From the NCBI GenBank assembly GCA_963749655.1, contig CAVVOB010000018.1, forward strand, positions 128,001 through 192,000: a stretch of 64,000 nt of DNA. The letters are read 5' to 3'. Both the position numbers and the translations under genes were made by a program. This DNA is from Nitrospirota bacterium. Its GTDB lineage: Bacteria; Nitrospirota; UBA9217. Numbering within the stretch: the first letter of the stretch is position 1; the number at the start of each line of letters is the position of its first letter. This document shows positions 51,582 through 61,657 of the stretch, in pieces. The notes under the pieces were generated by a model. That model was not told where the DNA came from, searched no databases, and worked only from the letters and a program-made list of their open reading frames with translations.

Positions 51582-52464
51582 ATGCAAAAACTTATCGAAA
51601 AAGCGAAAACCCTCATCGAGGCCATGCCTTACATCCAGACCTTCCGGGGGAAGACCTTCGTGATCAAATACGGCGGCAACGCCATGATCGATGAAGGGCT
51701 GAAGCAGGGATTTGCCCAGGACGTGGTCCTTCTGCGCTACATCGGCATAAATCCCGTGATCATCCACGGGGGCGGACCGCAGATCGGCAAGACCATGGAG
51801 CGGATGGGAAAGAAGCCTGCCTTCGTATCGGGCCAGCGGGTTACGGACGAAGAGACCATGGATATCGTCGAGATGGTGCTCGGCGGAAAAGTGAACAAGG
51901 AAATCGTCAACTTGATCAGCCAGGCGGGCGGCAAAGCCGTGGGTCTCACCGGCAAGGATGGCGGTCTCATCCAGGCGACAAAGCTGAAATTGACCAAACA
52001 GTCCGAAATCACGGGCGAGACCGAGATCATCGACATCGGGCTCGTCGGCCAGGTGACCGAGGTCCGGCCGGGCGCCCTTGTCGCGCTTGATCAGGGCGGC
52101 TTCATTCCCGTCATCGCGCCGGTCGGCGCGGGACCGCAGGGCGAAACCTACAACATCAACGCCGATCTCGTGGCCGGCGCCGTGGCTGGCGCCTTAAAGG
52201 CCGAAAAGCTCATACTTCTCACCGACCAGGCCGGTATTCTGGACAAGGACAAGAAGCTGATCCCGACACTGAATAAGAAAAAGATCGAGGACCTGATCCA
52301 GTCCGGGACCGTCGGCGGAGGCATGCTGCCGAAGACGCGGTCGTGCTTCGATGCGCTTGAAGCGGGCTGCGTCAAGGTCCATATCATCGACGGCCGGGTC
52401 CCCCACGCTCTCCTGCTTGAGAATCTTTACGAAGGAAGGAATCGGAACGGAGATTACGCTTTAA
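51582..52464 (+). CDS. argB: Acetylglutamate kinase; one extra A near 52422
   Basis: [35 protein letters not shown]; removing one A restores [12 protein letters not shown]. Confidence 0.95.
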
Positions 52465-52520
52465 GGGGATCGTGACCTGCCGCCTAATCGAAAAGAAAAT
52501 CATCACGCGCAGCGTAAAAT

Positions 52521-52557
52521 AAAGAAAGCCCGGAGGCCAGCGCCTCCGGGCTTTTTC
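52521..52557. terminator. Bidirectional terminator
   Basis: AAAGCCCGGAGGC / GCCTCCGGGCTTT stem between convergent units. Confidence 0.85.
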
Positions 52558-52589
52558 ATTCTTCTTGCCGTTGTTATAATACTGCTCCT

Positions 52590-53964
52590 CATTGCTGTCC
52601 AAGATAATCTGATTTCCTGAAGCTCACCCCTACCAATCAAGGCTTTTAGACAGGTAATTCCATCATCTCGGATTCAGGTTCTTTGTTCTGCTGTCCAATT
52701 ACCGATAGCTCATTACCAGTTGTTCTGCCGACGGTACAATCGGCGGTGTTTCAAACGGATTATCCAGCCATGTCCATAAATCTCGATACGTGAACAGGTT
52801 ATACCGGAGCATGGCAACCAAATTCGACAACGACCAGCCGAGTGTGGAACGGAACTTCAAGTACTTCAACACCAGGATTGCGATTAATGCTGTCCAAATC
52901 TGGGTCAGCAAAGCATTCCGGCTCGTTCCCACAAACGTCTTGATCTTCAGATTCTGCTTGATCGTCTTGAAAAATATCTCAATCTGCCAACGGTCTTTAT
53001 ATATGCTCGCGATGGTCGTAGCGCCAAAAGTGAGATGATTTGTCCACAGAACAATCACCCGCTCATTGTCTGCGTCCCATACTTCTACCCGCCGCAGGAT
53101 ATATGGGCATTTCCTGATTGAGTAATGGCCTGTCAGCTCAATGAGCTGGTCTTTAATGATGTTTCTGTTGTCGGGTACCGCTCTCTTTTCGATCACCTTG
53201 AAAGCGGCGTTATCCTTCTCTCTCGTTACAAAAAAAATTCCGGCCTCGGTCCATCGGGCAAACTGCTCATAGTCCACATAACCCCGATCAATTGCCAGGA
53301 TGGAGCCTTTGGGGAACGTGAGCGTATGCGCGATGTTCACTTCATGCACATTCCCCTCGGTCATACTGCAGAAGACCGGAAGATAGCCGTCGTGGTCCAA
53401 CAGCAGGTGAAGCTTGATAGCTCCTTTTTTCTGCCGATACTTTGCCCAGTCAAACAAAGTGATGCAAAGTTCTATCAGCGTGGCATCGAGGCTGAACAGC
53501 TTGTTCTTGAACCGAAACGGCTTCTTGCCGTGTGCCAGAACCCGGCACTTGGCCAGGAGCTGATAAAAGACCTTCTGGTACAGCTGCCACGGCCGATGCT
53601 CGTTGGCATAGGCCAGTGTGGAACGTTTGGGCGCTACATCTATCCCGAGGTGCTTAAGCTTGCCTAGGCATGTCGCCAATCCGCCGCAAATCTCCCGCAG
53701 CGAGTGTGCTTGTCCCAACTGACAGAACACCATTGCAACGAACTGACCCCAGCAACTGAACCCTTTTACGCCTCTTTCTGCCCGTGTTTCCCGCACCGCT
53801 CTCACAAAATCCTGCTGCGAAAATATATCTAGAATCTGTCCGAAAATGCTGTTAAACTTGTTCACGGGGATGTCCTCCTTCGGATATTTTGGTCTTCGAC
53901 AAACCTACTTTATCCGATTGAGGCTTCCCCTGCAATTACTCAAATCCTATCTTGGACGGGTCTG
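52590..53964 (-). mobile_element. Complete IS4-family insertion sequence (1375 bp)
   Basis: Imperfect 17-bp TIRs CATTGCTGTCCAAGATA / CAGACCCGTCCAAGATA; 9-bp direct repeat ACTGCTCCT at 52581-52589 and 53965-53973. Confidence 0.92.
52699..53865 (-). CDS. IS4-family DDE transposase
   Basis: LDATLI, IDRGY, YKDRWQIEIFFKTIKQ (YREK motif). Confidence 0.95.
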   Translation of the reverse strand: MNKFNSIFGQILDIFSQQDFVRAVRETRAERGVKGFSCWGQFVAMVFCQLGQAHSLREICGGLATCLGKLKHLGIDVAPKRSTLAYANEHRPWQLYQKVFYQLLAKCRVLAHGKKPFRFKNKLFSLDATLIELCITLFDWAKYRQKKGAIKLHLLLDHDGYLPVFCSMTEGNVHEVNIAHTLTFPKGSILAIDRGYVDYEQFARWTEAGIFFVTREKDNAAFKVIEKRAVPDNRNIIKDQLIELTGHYSIRKCPYILRRVEVWDADNERVIVLWTNHLTFGATTIASIYKDRWQIEIFFKTIKQNLKIKTFVGTSRNALLTQIWTALIAILVLKYLKFRSTLGWSLSNLVAMLRYNLFTYRDLWTWLDNPFETPPIVPSAEQLVMSYR

Positions 53965-53971
53965 ACTGCTC

Positions 53972-55321
53972 CTAAAACCACGATCTGGTCCCGGGGTGGC
54001 AGTTTGCGTTGCAAGTCGCACCATTGTAATTCACGTCCGTGAGTATCGTTGCAGACGCGGGCCCTTCCATCGTTGTCGTATTCAAGGTCGAAAAATGATT
54101 GCCTGCGAGCTTGAACGGATCGTGACACTTGAGGCAGCTGAAGTGCTCGGTATTCACGTGGAAATCATGCTGACCGGACACGTAGCTGTTGTACTCAGTA
54201 GTGCCAAAGGCGTGACAGGATGCGCACTGGTCGGTGAACAGGTCGATCGTTGCACCCGAGAGCCAGGCAGGAGTAGTCTGTCCGCCGTGACAGCTTACCG
54301 ATGAACAGGTTCCGTCGGCGTTCGCAACCGCTGTTCCGCTCTTCGCGCTGTAGACGCTCAAGAACTGCAGTTCGACCGTATTGTCAAAGTGCTTGATGGT
54401 GGTCGATCCCGCGCCATTGTGGCAGGTATTGCATACCGATTTGACATTCGGCAAGGCATTGTGCGCTGCATGAGCCCCGCTCCTGTCAGGAGCGGCGGTG
54501 CCGGAAGGAGGATTACCATGGCAGGACGTGCACCCCGTGAATGTGAGGGGGGAGCCTTTGAGATGACAGCTGGTGCATGCAGGACCGCTCCCTGACACTC
54601 CGGCGAGCGTTGTCCCGTGGCATGCCGCATTCGCACAGGACGTTGCCCCGTTGGCATTGACATACGCCGCGTGGTTTATCTGCGGATACTGGCCCCAGTC
54701 CAGAGGATGCACGGAGCTGGCTCCGTCCAGATGACAGCTTGAGCATGCCGGACCGCTGCCGCTGACGCCGCCGAGCGCCGCTCCATGGCATGCTGCAGTA
54801 GCGCAGCCCGCTGTGCCGTTTGTGTTGACGTAGGCGCCGTGCAAAAGATCGATGTTCTGGCCCCACTCGACCGGGTGGAACGAGTTCACGCCTCCCAGGT
54901 GGCAGCTCGTGCACGACGGTCCGCTGTTCGTGACCCCGTCGAGCGCCGTTCCATGACAAGCGGCGTTTGCGCAGGATGTAGTGCCGAGAGCATCGGCATA
55001 GTTTCCGTGCTTGGACAATATGTCCTGACCCCAGTCGGTCGGATGGATCACCGTGGGTCCGCCGAGATGGCAACCCGTGCACGATATGCCGGAAACTCCG
55101 CCGAGGTAATCGATTCCGTGGCATTCCTTGCAGACCGAAGTGCCTTCCTGCGCCGCGGTCATGTGGCCCGCCGGGAGCCAGTTCGCCTGATGGCCGGTGT
55201 CCGCATCGAACGGCGCTTTCGAATTCTTACTCGAGCTACCGCACGCGGTAATGAACATCAACCCCGCGATGAGGAACATACTGATGATCGTCGGTTTGGT
55301 TACCTGTGGCATGCCTTGCAC
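53972..55321 (-). CDS. Multiheme lipoprotein cytochrome c, 14 putative hemes (CxxxxCH/CxxCH type)
   Basis: Lipobox FITAC; 9 CxxCH + 4 CxxxxCH + 1 CxxxCH. Confidence 0.9.
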   Translation of the reverse strand: MQGMPQVTKPTIISMFLIAGLMFITACGSSSKNSKAPFDADTGHQANWLPAGHMTAAQEGTSVCKECHGIDYLGGVSGISCTGCHLGGPTVIHPTDWGQDILSKHGNYADALGTTSCANAACHGTALDGVTNSGPSCTSCHLGGVNSFHPVEWGQNIDLLHGAYVNTNGTAGCATAACHGAALGGVSGSGPACSSCHLDGASSVHPLDWGQYPQINHAAYVNANGATSCANAACHGTTLAGVSGSGPACTSCHLKGSPLTFTGCTSCHGNPPSGTAAPDRSGAHAAHNALPNVKSVCNTCHNGAGSTTIKHFDNTVELQFLSVYSAKSGTAVANADGTCSSVSCHGGQTTPAWLSGATIDLFTDQCASCHAFGTTEYNSYVSGQHDFHVNTEHFSCLKCHDPFKLAGNHFSTLNTTTMEGPASATILTDVNYNGATCNANCHPGTRSWF

Positions 55322-55746
55322 CTCTCATTGTTCTGACGGCCATGGCACGGGAAGCACGAAGCCGGGTTGATCCTGCCGTCGATCTTGTGCTGGTTCAGGT
55401 AGTCTCCCCGATGGGGCATCGCAATAGCGGGGGAATCCTTGTATTTATCGCTCGGTTTCAATTCTTCCTTGTGAGCATGGCAATCCGAACAGAATGCATC
55501 GCTATGGCATACGCCGCAGGTCTGCCTGTTCTGCGATGCGTAGTACTTGTGCCGCGAGCTGTAAAAATCGGGGGTGTGGTTCAGTACGCCCCGATCATCG
55601 GTATGACAGTCGCTGCAGATGGGCGGCGTCGGCACCTCGGTCGGATGCTTTGCGACCATGCTGGTCGTCTGCGCGCAGGCAAACAGCACGGCAGCGGCCG
55701 CCGGCAGGAGCAGCAAAAAAGCCATTTTTATCATTCTCTTGTTCAT
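55300..55746 (-). CDS. Pentaheme lipoprotein cytochrome c
   Basis: Lipobox LFAC; CSDCH, CGVCH, CSDCH, CFPCH, CKACH. Confidence 0.9.
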   Translation of the reverse strand: MNKRMIKMAFLLLLPAAAAVLFACAQTTSMVAKHPTEVPTPPICSDCHTDDRGVLNHTPDFYSSRHKYYASQNRQTCGVCHSDAFCSDCHAHKEELKPSDKYKDSPAIAMPHRGDYLNQHKIDGRINPASCFPCHGRQNNERCKACHR

Positions 55747-55747
55747 G

Positions 55748-57091
55748 CTATACGCCCTCCTTCCGTTTGCCGGTGATTTCAAAACTGTAGATCAGTTTCA
55801 GGAATGTCCGGATGTCCTGGTCGAAATCGGGATTCTTCGAATACTCCACGTCGGCGCCCAGTTTCAGGTTCTCAGCAAGCTCATAGTCGGCGGCAAGGGT
55901 CACGGAATAAGCATCCTTGACATCATTGATCGCGGTGTCATAGGCGACATCCAGCACGTCCAGAGTCACGCCGGCATGTCCGAATTTCCGCGTGCAATAG
56001 ACGCGATATTCAGAGTATTTCAACCGGTCTTCCTTGCCGTCCATACGATGTATCGACACTCCGGATCCGCCGGCCTCCGAATAGGAAAAACGAACGTTGC
56101 CGCCGTAGTAGTTCGCGTCGCCCGCAACGCTGTATCGGAAGGCCTTGTAATTCACGGAAACGTTGAGCTTGTCGGTGATATCATAGGACACTTCTTCGCC
56201 CAGGATGTTGACCTTTTCCTTCTCATCGATGACGGTGGGATCAAATTTGAAGACCGAGGTCAACGAACCCGTGAAGTAATCCTTGTAATTGATCATCGAC
56301 GCTTCCGTATTCAATCGTACCTTCGCAAAAGGTCCGAGGACGAGAAAATAGGTATGGTTCGCCCAATCGTTCGTGATGGAATTGTACTTGGAGTTGCCCA
56401 TGAGTTCCACCTTATTGATCGGCCGGACCCAGAGATCCACGCCTTCTTCCTTGCGGAAGTCCGCGCTGTCCTTCTCTTCCTTGAGGGCCGAGATGCCGAT
56501 GCGGTACAGCCCCGGCATCTGATGGGACAACCTGCCGCCGTAGATGGTATCGCTCACGTCCCCCGAAAAGTTTGCGACATCGGAATCAACGGAGCGGCCG
56601 GCAAAAGCGGACACGCCGAAATTGCCCGCAAGGTCGGTCCTGCCATAGATGCCGTCAACCCTCTCCGCGGCAACGCCTTCAGACACCAGAACGCGCCCCA
56701 GGTTGACAACGGCATTGCCCTTTGAGCTGCGGTAACTCAGGTAGCCGTAGGACAGATCATTGTCCTCCCGAGTTCCCAGCCTGCTGTGGGGCGCATCGGG
56801 TTCCATTGATCCCAGATTGTACCGGAGCCAGCCGCCCATGTGAAACGTAAAGCTTTCCTTTTCCGGATTCAGAACGGAAAAATTGAGATATTCATAGGCG
56901 CCGAGAATATTTCTCTTTTCTGTGTCCTCACGGGACTGCAAATAGGTCGTAGAACTGCCGACAACACTCACCTCCGCCGATGCAGCCGGCGAGAATATCG
57001 GCGCCGCGGACAGAAACAGGACCGCTGCTCCAAACATTCGCATGACCCGTGGACAGCTTAACATCCTTGACAACATCTTCTTCATCCTCAA
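55748..57091 (-). CDS. Outer-membrane beta-barrel of a porin-cytochrome conduit
   Basis: Signal peptide, amphipathic Tyr/Gly-rich strands, near-terminal LKLIYSF; cotranscribed with cytochromes. Confidence 0.8.
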   Translation of the reverse strand: MRMKKMLSRMLSCPRVMRMFGAAVLFLSAAPIFSPAASAEVSVVGSSTTYLQSREDTEKRNILGAYEYLNFSVLNPEKESFTFHMGGWLRYNLGSMEPDAPHSRLGTREDNDLSYGYLSYRSSKGNAVVNLGRVLVSEGVAAERVDGIYGRTDLAGNFGVSAFAGRSVDSDVANFSGDVSDTIYGGRLSHQMPGLYRIGISALKEEKDSADFRKEEGVDLWVRPINKVELMGNSKYNSITNDWANHTYFLVLGPFAKVRLNTEASMINYKDYFTGSLTSVFKFDPTVIDEKEKVNILGEEVSYDITDKLNVSVNYKAFRYSVAGDANYYGGNVRFSYSEAGGSGVSIHRMDGKEDRLKYSEYRVYCTRKFGHAGVTLDVLDVAYDTAINDVKDAYSVTLAADYELAENLKLGADVEYSKNPDFDQDIRTFLKLIYSFEITGKRKEGV

Positions 57092-57365
57092 GATGCTTCC
57101 TCCTTTCCGAAATATGAATCAGTTATCGAGAAAAACCTTATTGAGCGCTGATAAACAGGTGCCGGTATAACCGCCTGCGAATGCACGGGAGAGGTTTCTC
57201 CGGAAATAAGCAGTAATGCAAAAAACCTCATGGTAATTGCAGGCAGACTGACCCACGGAACCATTGTGCACTTTTTGCTATAAAAATCGATCATACTATA
57301 CGTGAAAAAACGCGGGAAATCAAGATGAAAGGGATTTCATGGAAGAAAATATCCCGGACGTTGTG

Positions 57366-57395
57366 TTGACAGTCCAAAGAGAAAAAGTGTATAAT
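57366..57395 (+). promoter_or_regulatory. sigma70 promoter
   Basis: TTGACA-18nt-TATAAT, with the -10 ending 5 nt before GTG 57401. Confidence 0.65.
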
Positions 57396-57400
57396 TTTTC

Positions 57401-57904
57401 GTGCGCCGAAATTCGAATTCTCCATATGCCTGTTCCGTGGTGGTCCTGCTTCTTGGTGCCGTCACGGCATTGTTTGCCCTTCTGCAGGTCCATGACGCTT
57501 TTGCCCAGCCGGGACCGGTTGCTGATTCAGGAAGCCTTTCAGCCTACCGCCTCATCGGCACTATCGGCGGCAACGCGCTTGCCGGGGCCGTACTGAGCGA
57601 CGGGAAAGGCGAGCAGACCTTCATCCGGCTCAACGACAGACTGCCCGACGGATCGCAGCTCGTAGGCGTTCATTTAGACAGGATTTCAATAAAAGGGACT
57701 GACGGCACGCGCTACGACATGTACATCTCCCACGAGACAAAACCCTCTTCCCCTACTCCTATCAAGCCTGTTGCCGAGGCCAGGCCTGCGCCGCCTGTTG
57801 ATCCTTACACGGGAAACGTTGCACCCACTGCACCGGCCGGGCATCCCGTCACAATGCCGGGCAAACGGGGCCGCGTGGGCCGCACAGGATCAAACGCCGA
57901 ATAA
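57401..57904 (+). CDS. GspC/PilP-like HR-domain protein
   Basis: N-terminal hydrophobic anchor; YRLIGTIGG..AVLSDGKGEQ..DRLPDGSQLVGVHLDRISI resembles the T2SS GspC HR domain; Pro-rich tail. Confidence 0.55.
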   Translation: MRRNSNSPYACSVVVLLLGAVTALFALLQVHDAFAQPGPVADSGSLSAYRLIGTIGGNALAGAVLSDGKGEQTFIRLNDRLPDGSQLVGVHLDRISIKGTDGTRYDMYISHETKPSSPTPIKPVAEARPAPPVDPYTGNVAPTAPAGHPVTMPGKRGRVGRTGSNAE

Positions 57905-58217
57905 CTGCAACCTACTGTTTTCTCTCGAAAAATTTCATGCAAACCGGGCACTTATAACCTATACCAGCGGCAAATACAATCCACCAGCTGTCCCATTTTA
58001 CTCTTTTTCTAGGAACGGCACAGAGACCACGCTCAAAACCTGTATGCCGCTAGTTGCGAGGTGCATGGTACATTATGCGTAGTAAAATTATGAAGAGGAC
58101 ATGCCTCAGATTAAGACATGTCCTCTTAGAGCACAAAACTCATAAGCCAGGGTAATGATTGCTGAAGGCACTATAGCAAAATGTCAGTTTACCAATAAAT
58201 ATAAAAACCCGAATAGG

Positions 58218-58571
58218 TCAATTCCCTAAAATCGCTTTCCAGCCTTCGCGTCCTGTTTTATCTTTTACTTTGTAAATTTTAAATGGAGTGATATTTTCCT
58301 TCGGCTCGGATATTTTGCCATCCGGCATCAGCATGGTAAGCGTCATTTTCACTCTGACTGGCCAGGACCCGTCTGCATTCCGTTTGCCCCGCTCCACGAT
58401 GACGAGGGGAGATGTGACCGTGAACCCCTTGCCCTTCAGTGCCCCGGAACCGTCTATCGCCTTAATCACTTCCTCGTCCTTCGGCTTTGAGAATCCTGAA
58501 CAGCCTACTGCATTCAATACAAAAACGCCCGCAAGTATTAATACAATAAATAGAATAGATCTGTTTCTCAT
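58218..58571 (-). CDS. Hypothetical lipoprotein
   Basis: SD GAGGAG; hydrophobic stretch and lipobox AVGC. Confidence 0.7.
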   Translation of the reverse strand: MRNRSILFIVLILAGVFVLNAVGCSGFSKPKDEEVIKAIDGSGALKGKGFTVTSPLVIVERGKRNADGSWPVRVKMTLTMLMPDGKISEPKENITPFKIYKVKDKTGREGWKAILGN

Positions 58572-58681
58572 TTGAGTGAATCTCCTCACGCATGAAATGA
58601 TTGAAGTGCTACAGTACACGATCTGTCCCTCTTTGTCAAATCAACGCGTCTATTCGTAACTCGCGAACCACAATCGGACTC

Positions 58682-58711
58682 AAAAAAAGGCGGACCCCGC
58701 AGGGTCCGCCT
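58682..58711 (-). terminator. Rho-independent terminator of the decaheme gene
   Basis: AGGCGGACCC / GGGTCCGCCT stem with an A7 tract on the plus strand. Confidence 0.88.
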
Positions 58712-58771
58712 CAATGGTGTTCGTATGCGCTTTTGAATCCGCGCCTTGCTGGACTACGTTACCTGCTGATA

Positions 58772-61657
58772 CTACTTGGTAACGACGCTGCGTTTCTCGT
58801 AGAGCGAGCCGCCGTTCGCCTTCATGTGCGCCGTTGCTGCGGAGCTGTCATGGCAGGAGAAGCATGCGGCAGCGATCGGCGAGGACACGAGGTTGTCGCC
58901 GGAACCGCCACTGCCGTAGTTCACGTCCATCGTGATATACGGCGAGAAGTCGAATTTCGACGCGTCGGTCGACGACAGCGTACCCGTTGCGGTGGTGCTG
59001 AGAAGCATGTTGTTCATCACCGTATCGGTATATACCGTCGTATTGGTGTTGCCTACCCGTGTTACGCAGGAGAAATCAAATGCGCTGCCCGTGTAGCAGT
59101 CCTTGCCGTTGTTGAGGCCCGTGTTGGCGCCGACATGGCAGGCGTCGCACTTGTTCAGCTCGTTCGGATAGGTAATAAGGAAGAACCCTGCATCTGCCTC
59201 ATCGCCCGCGACCGAGGTAGCATCCCAGGTGAAATTCACCGTCCGCTTCGAGGCCCCATGGATGGCGTGAACAAAGGTGCTGGCGTTCACGGCCCAACCC
59301 TGGCTGGCTCTACCCGGATTGTGGCAGAACGAACAGGTCGGCGCGTCATTGCGCTGACCGACATGGAACGTGGGAGCTGCACCGAGCGCGACGTGGCAAG
59401 CATTACACTTGTCCGTATCCACTGCAGCGCGGCGGCCGGTGTATCCGGTTGCGACCTTCCACGCGTTCGGCGAAGGAACGGCGAGACCGCCCGTTCCGCT
59501 TGCAGCAGTATACAGATAGCCGGACACGTTCGTCTGAACAAGCGGCGGGGTGCCCGATCCGTAGCTGTAGCCGATGCCGCCGGTAAGCATTACCGCGGTG
59601 GAGGGCAGCGTCGTACCGGTCCGGACGATTGTGTAGTAACCGCTTCCGTCAGGTCCGATCATCGTGGCCGTGGTGCCGCTGATGACGCCGTTCCAGACGT
59701 TCCTGATGTAGACGCTGGCGCTCTTGTTGAAGTCAGACGGCGTGGTTCTGCCGTCCTGCGGCTCGGCCCATACGAAGTATGCGCTCGGCGAGCCCGCGAC
59801 GTTGGCAAACAGTTCTGAAGTCGTATCCGTCGGTGCCGTGAATACAACATCCGCGGCGGCCGTGTCATCATGGAACTTGAACGTGATGGCCGGATGGTTG
59901 TTCGACACGGTCACGCTGCTGATCAGCCATGAGAAACGATGTGCGCCGGTCGGCAATGCGTTTGCTGCGGCAATGTACTCAGCATTGGTATGGGTGTTGG
60001 TGCCGCCCAGGCCCATCCGAGGATCGGTCGTATCGGGCGGCACGATCGGAATGTGCTTGTCGGTAATGCCCGCCAGACCGCCGGATGCAGGATGGCAGCC
60101 CGAGCAGGTGGTATCATCGTCATTCGATCCGCCTGAGTGAGCGGTAAGGTTCCCTATTGACGTTGCGAAGCTTATATTGTCGTGGCAGGAACCGCAGGCC
60201 TTGCGGCTGGGTTTGGTCTTCCAGTTATTGCTGTCGGTCCCCTGGTGACACATGGTGCAGTTGCGGATGTCCTGGGGATAGGTGACGTCGTTCGCCAGCA
60301 CGCCAACCGGTCTTTCATTGGCCAGTTTCAGGTTTTCGCCCATGTGGATCTTATGGACCATGGTGTTCATTTCACCCTGCGAGAATCCGGTCGATGATGC
60401 TGTAGGATCGGTGGCAAGATTGATCTGGTCGCCAACGATATAGGTGGTGCTTGCGGGAAGTGCACCCGTCGCATCCACGGTCTGTACAGAACGACCGATC
60501 GCCCGCTGATAGGTATGGCATACCACGCAGTACTTCGTGTCAACACGGCCACCGTGCGGGGTGGTGGTGCCGATCTTGTAATGGCAATTATTGCAGGCTG
60601 CGGCCGTTACGATGTCATGCGATGCCGTACCGGTGAAGGCCGGCAGGTTTGCAGGCACGAAGTCCTGGATAACGTTGATTGCCCTGTCGTTCAGCGAGCC
60701 GCCAGCTACGGTACCGGAGACCTGGATCGTCAGACGGTGCGTGTTGTTGGCGTTATACGTAACCCCGGATACGGCCGTGATGTCCTTGGCAAACGTGTAG
60801 CTGTAGGTGCCGTCGCCGTTGTCCGTCATGTTGGCTGCCGTACCTTCGCTGGTGGGACGGGAGGTGGCGGTAACCATGTAGCTCTGCCAATAGGTGCCCG
60901 ATGCTGATGACTGCAACTGGGCCATCGCAAACTTGACCTGTGTTGCCGTCAGGCCGATAATCCCGTTGCCTGCTGAATCCTGCACCGTGAAATCAACAAC
61001 CGGCGTACCTGCAGAAACATCGATGACCTGGACCGAGCCCGTCATATTGAGCCCGGCAAGCTGCCTGGCACTCTGCTGGTTGATATCAACAAGGCCGCCT
61101 TGCACCGTGATGGGATCCGCGGTTGCGGAAAGCGGCGAGACGGTGTGCATGTCCTGGATAGCTGCCAGTCCGCCTGAAGCATGGCAGACGAGGCACTGCT
61201 CGACCGTGCTGGCCGTCGTGTCCGTGCCGTTGCAGACATAATCAGTGGACGTCACCGAATCAGGTGCGCCGTCGCCGTTCGTGTCCGGACCCACTTCGAT
61301 CTTGAAGCCGCCGTTCGCGCAGTTGGCGCCGGCAGGCTCAGTCGTGATCGATATGCCTACGGACGCGCCGCTTGATCCGGACGAACCGTTGCACACATAC
61401 TGCGTGCTCGTGATCTCGGTCGTATCGAGAACGCCATTGCTGTTCAGGTCGATGCCGGCATTTACAGTGATGCCGTAGCTGCCGTCAATCAAAGCCGAGC
61501 CGGTGCACTGGCCGGCCGGGACGGAATTCTCTTTCGACACAACTACTGAGTTCGTCCCCTGTGCCGTCGTACCGCCGCCGCCGCTGGAGCTGCAGCCCGC
61601 GGCGATCAGCACTGCGAACAGACCCACTGCAAGTACTACGTGCAATGCTTTTTTCAT
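58772..61657 (-). CDS. OmcA/MtrC-family decaheme lipoprotein cytochrome with an N-terminal repeat extension
   Basis: Lipobox AAGC; 10 CxxCH; DNGDGTYSYTF, MVHKIHMG, YPQDIRNC, WKTKPSRKACGSCH motifs. Confidence 0.92.
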   Translation of the reverse strand: MKKALHVVLAVGLFAVLIAAGCSSSGGGGTTAQGTNSVVVSKENSVPAGQCTGSALIDGSYGITVNAGIDLNSNGVLDTTEITSTQYVCNGSSGSSGASVGISITTEPAGANCANGGFKIEVGPDTNGDGAPDSVTSTDYVCNGTDTTASTVEQCLVCHASGGLAAIQDMHTVSPLSATADPITVQGGLVDINQQSARQLAGLNMTGSVQVIDVSAGTPVVDFTVQDSAGNGIIGLTATQVKFAMAQLQSSASGTYWQSYMVTATSRPTSEGTAANMTDNGDGTYSYTFAKDITAVSGVTYNANNTHRLTIQVSGTVAGGSLNDRAINVIQDFVPANLPAFTGTASHDIVTAAACNNCHYKIGTTTPHGGRVDTKYCVVCHTYQRAIGRSVQTVDATGALPASTTYIVGDQINLATDPTASSTGFSQGEMNTMVHKIHMGENLKLANERPVGVLANDVTYPQDIRNCTMCHQGTDSNNWKTKPSRKACGSCHDNISFATSIGNLTAHSGGSNDDDTTCSGCHPASGGLAGITDKHIPIVPPDTTDPRMGLGGTNTHTNAEYIAAANALPTGAHRFSWLISSVTVSNNHPAITFKFHDDTAAADVVFTAPTDTTSELFANVAGSPSAYFVWAEPQDGRTTPSDFNKSASVYIRNVWNGVISGTTATMIGPDGSGYYTIVRTGTTLPSTAVMLTGGIGYSYGSGTPPLVQTNVSGYLYTAASGTGGLAVPSPNAWKVATGYTGRRAAVDTDKCNACHVALGAAPTFHVGQRNDAPTCSFCHNPGRASQGWAVNASTFVHAIHGASKRTVNFTWDATSVAGDEADAGFFLITYPNELNKCDACHVGANTGLNNGKDCYTGSAFDFSCVTRVGNTNTTVYTDTVMNNMLLSTTATGTLSSTDASKFDFSPYITMDVNYGSGGSGDNLVSSPIAAACFSCHDSSAATAHMKANGGSLYEKRSVVTK

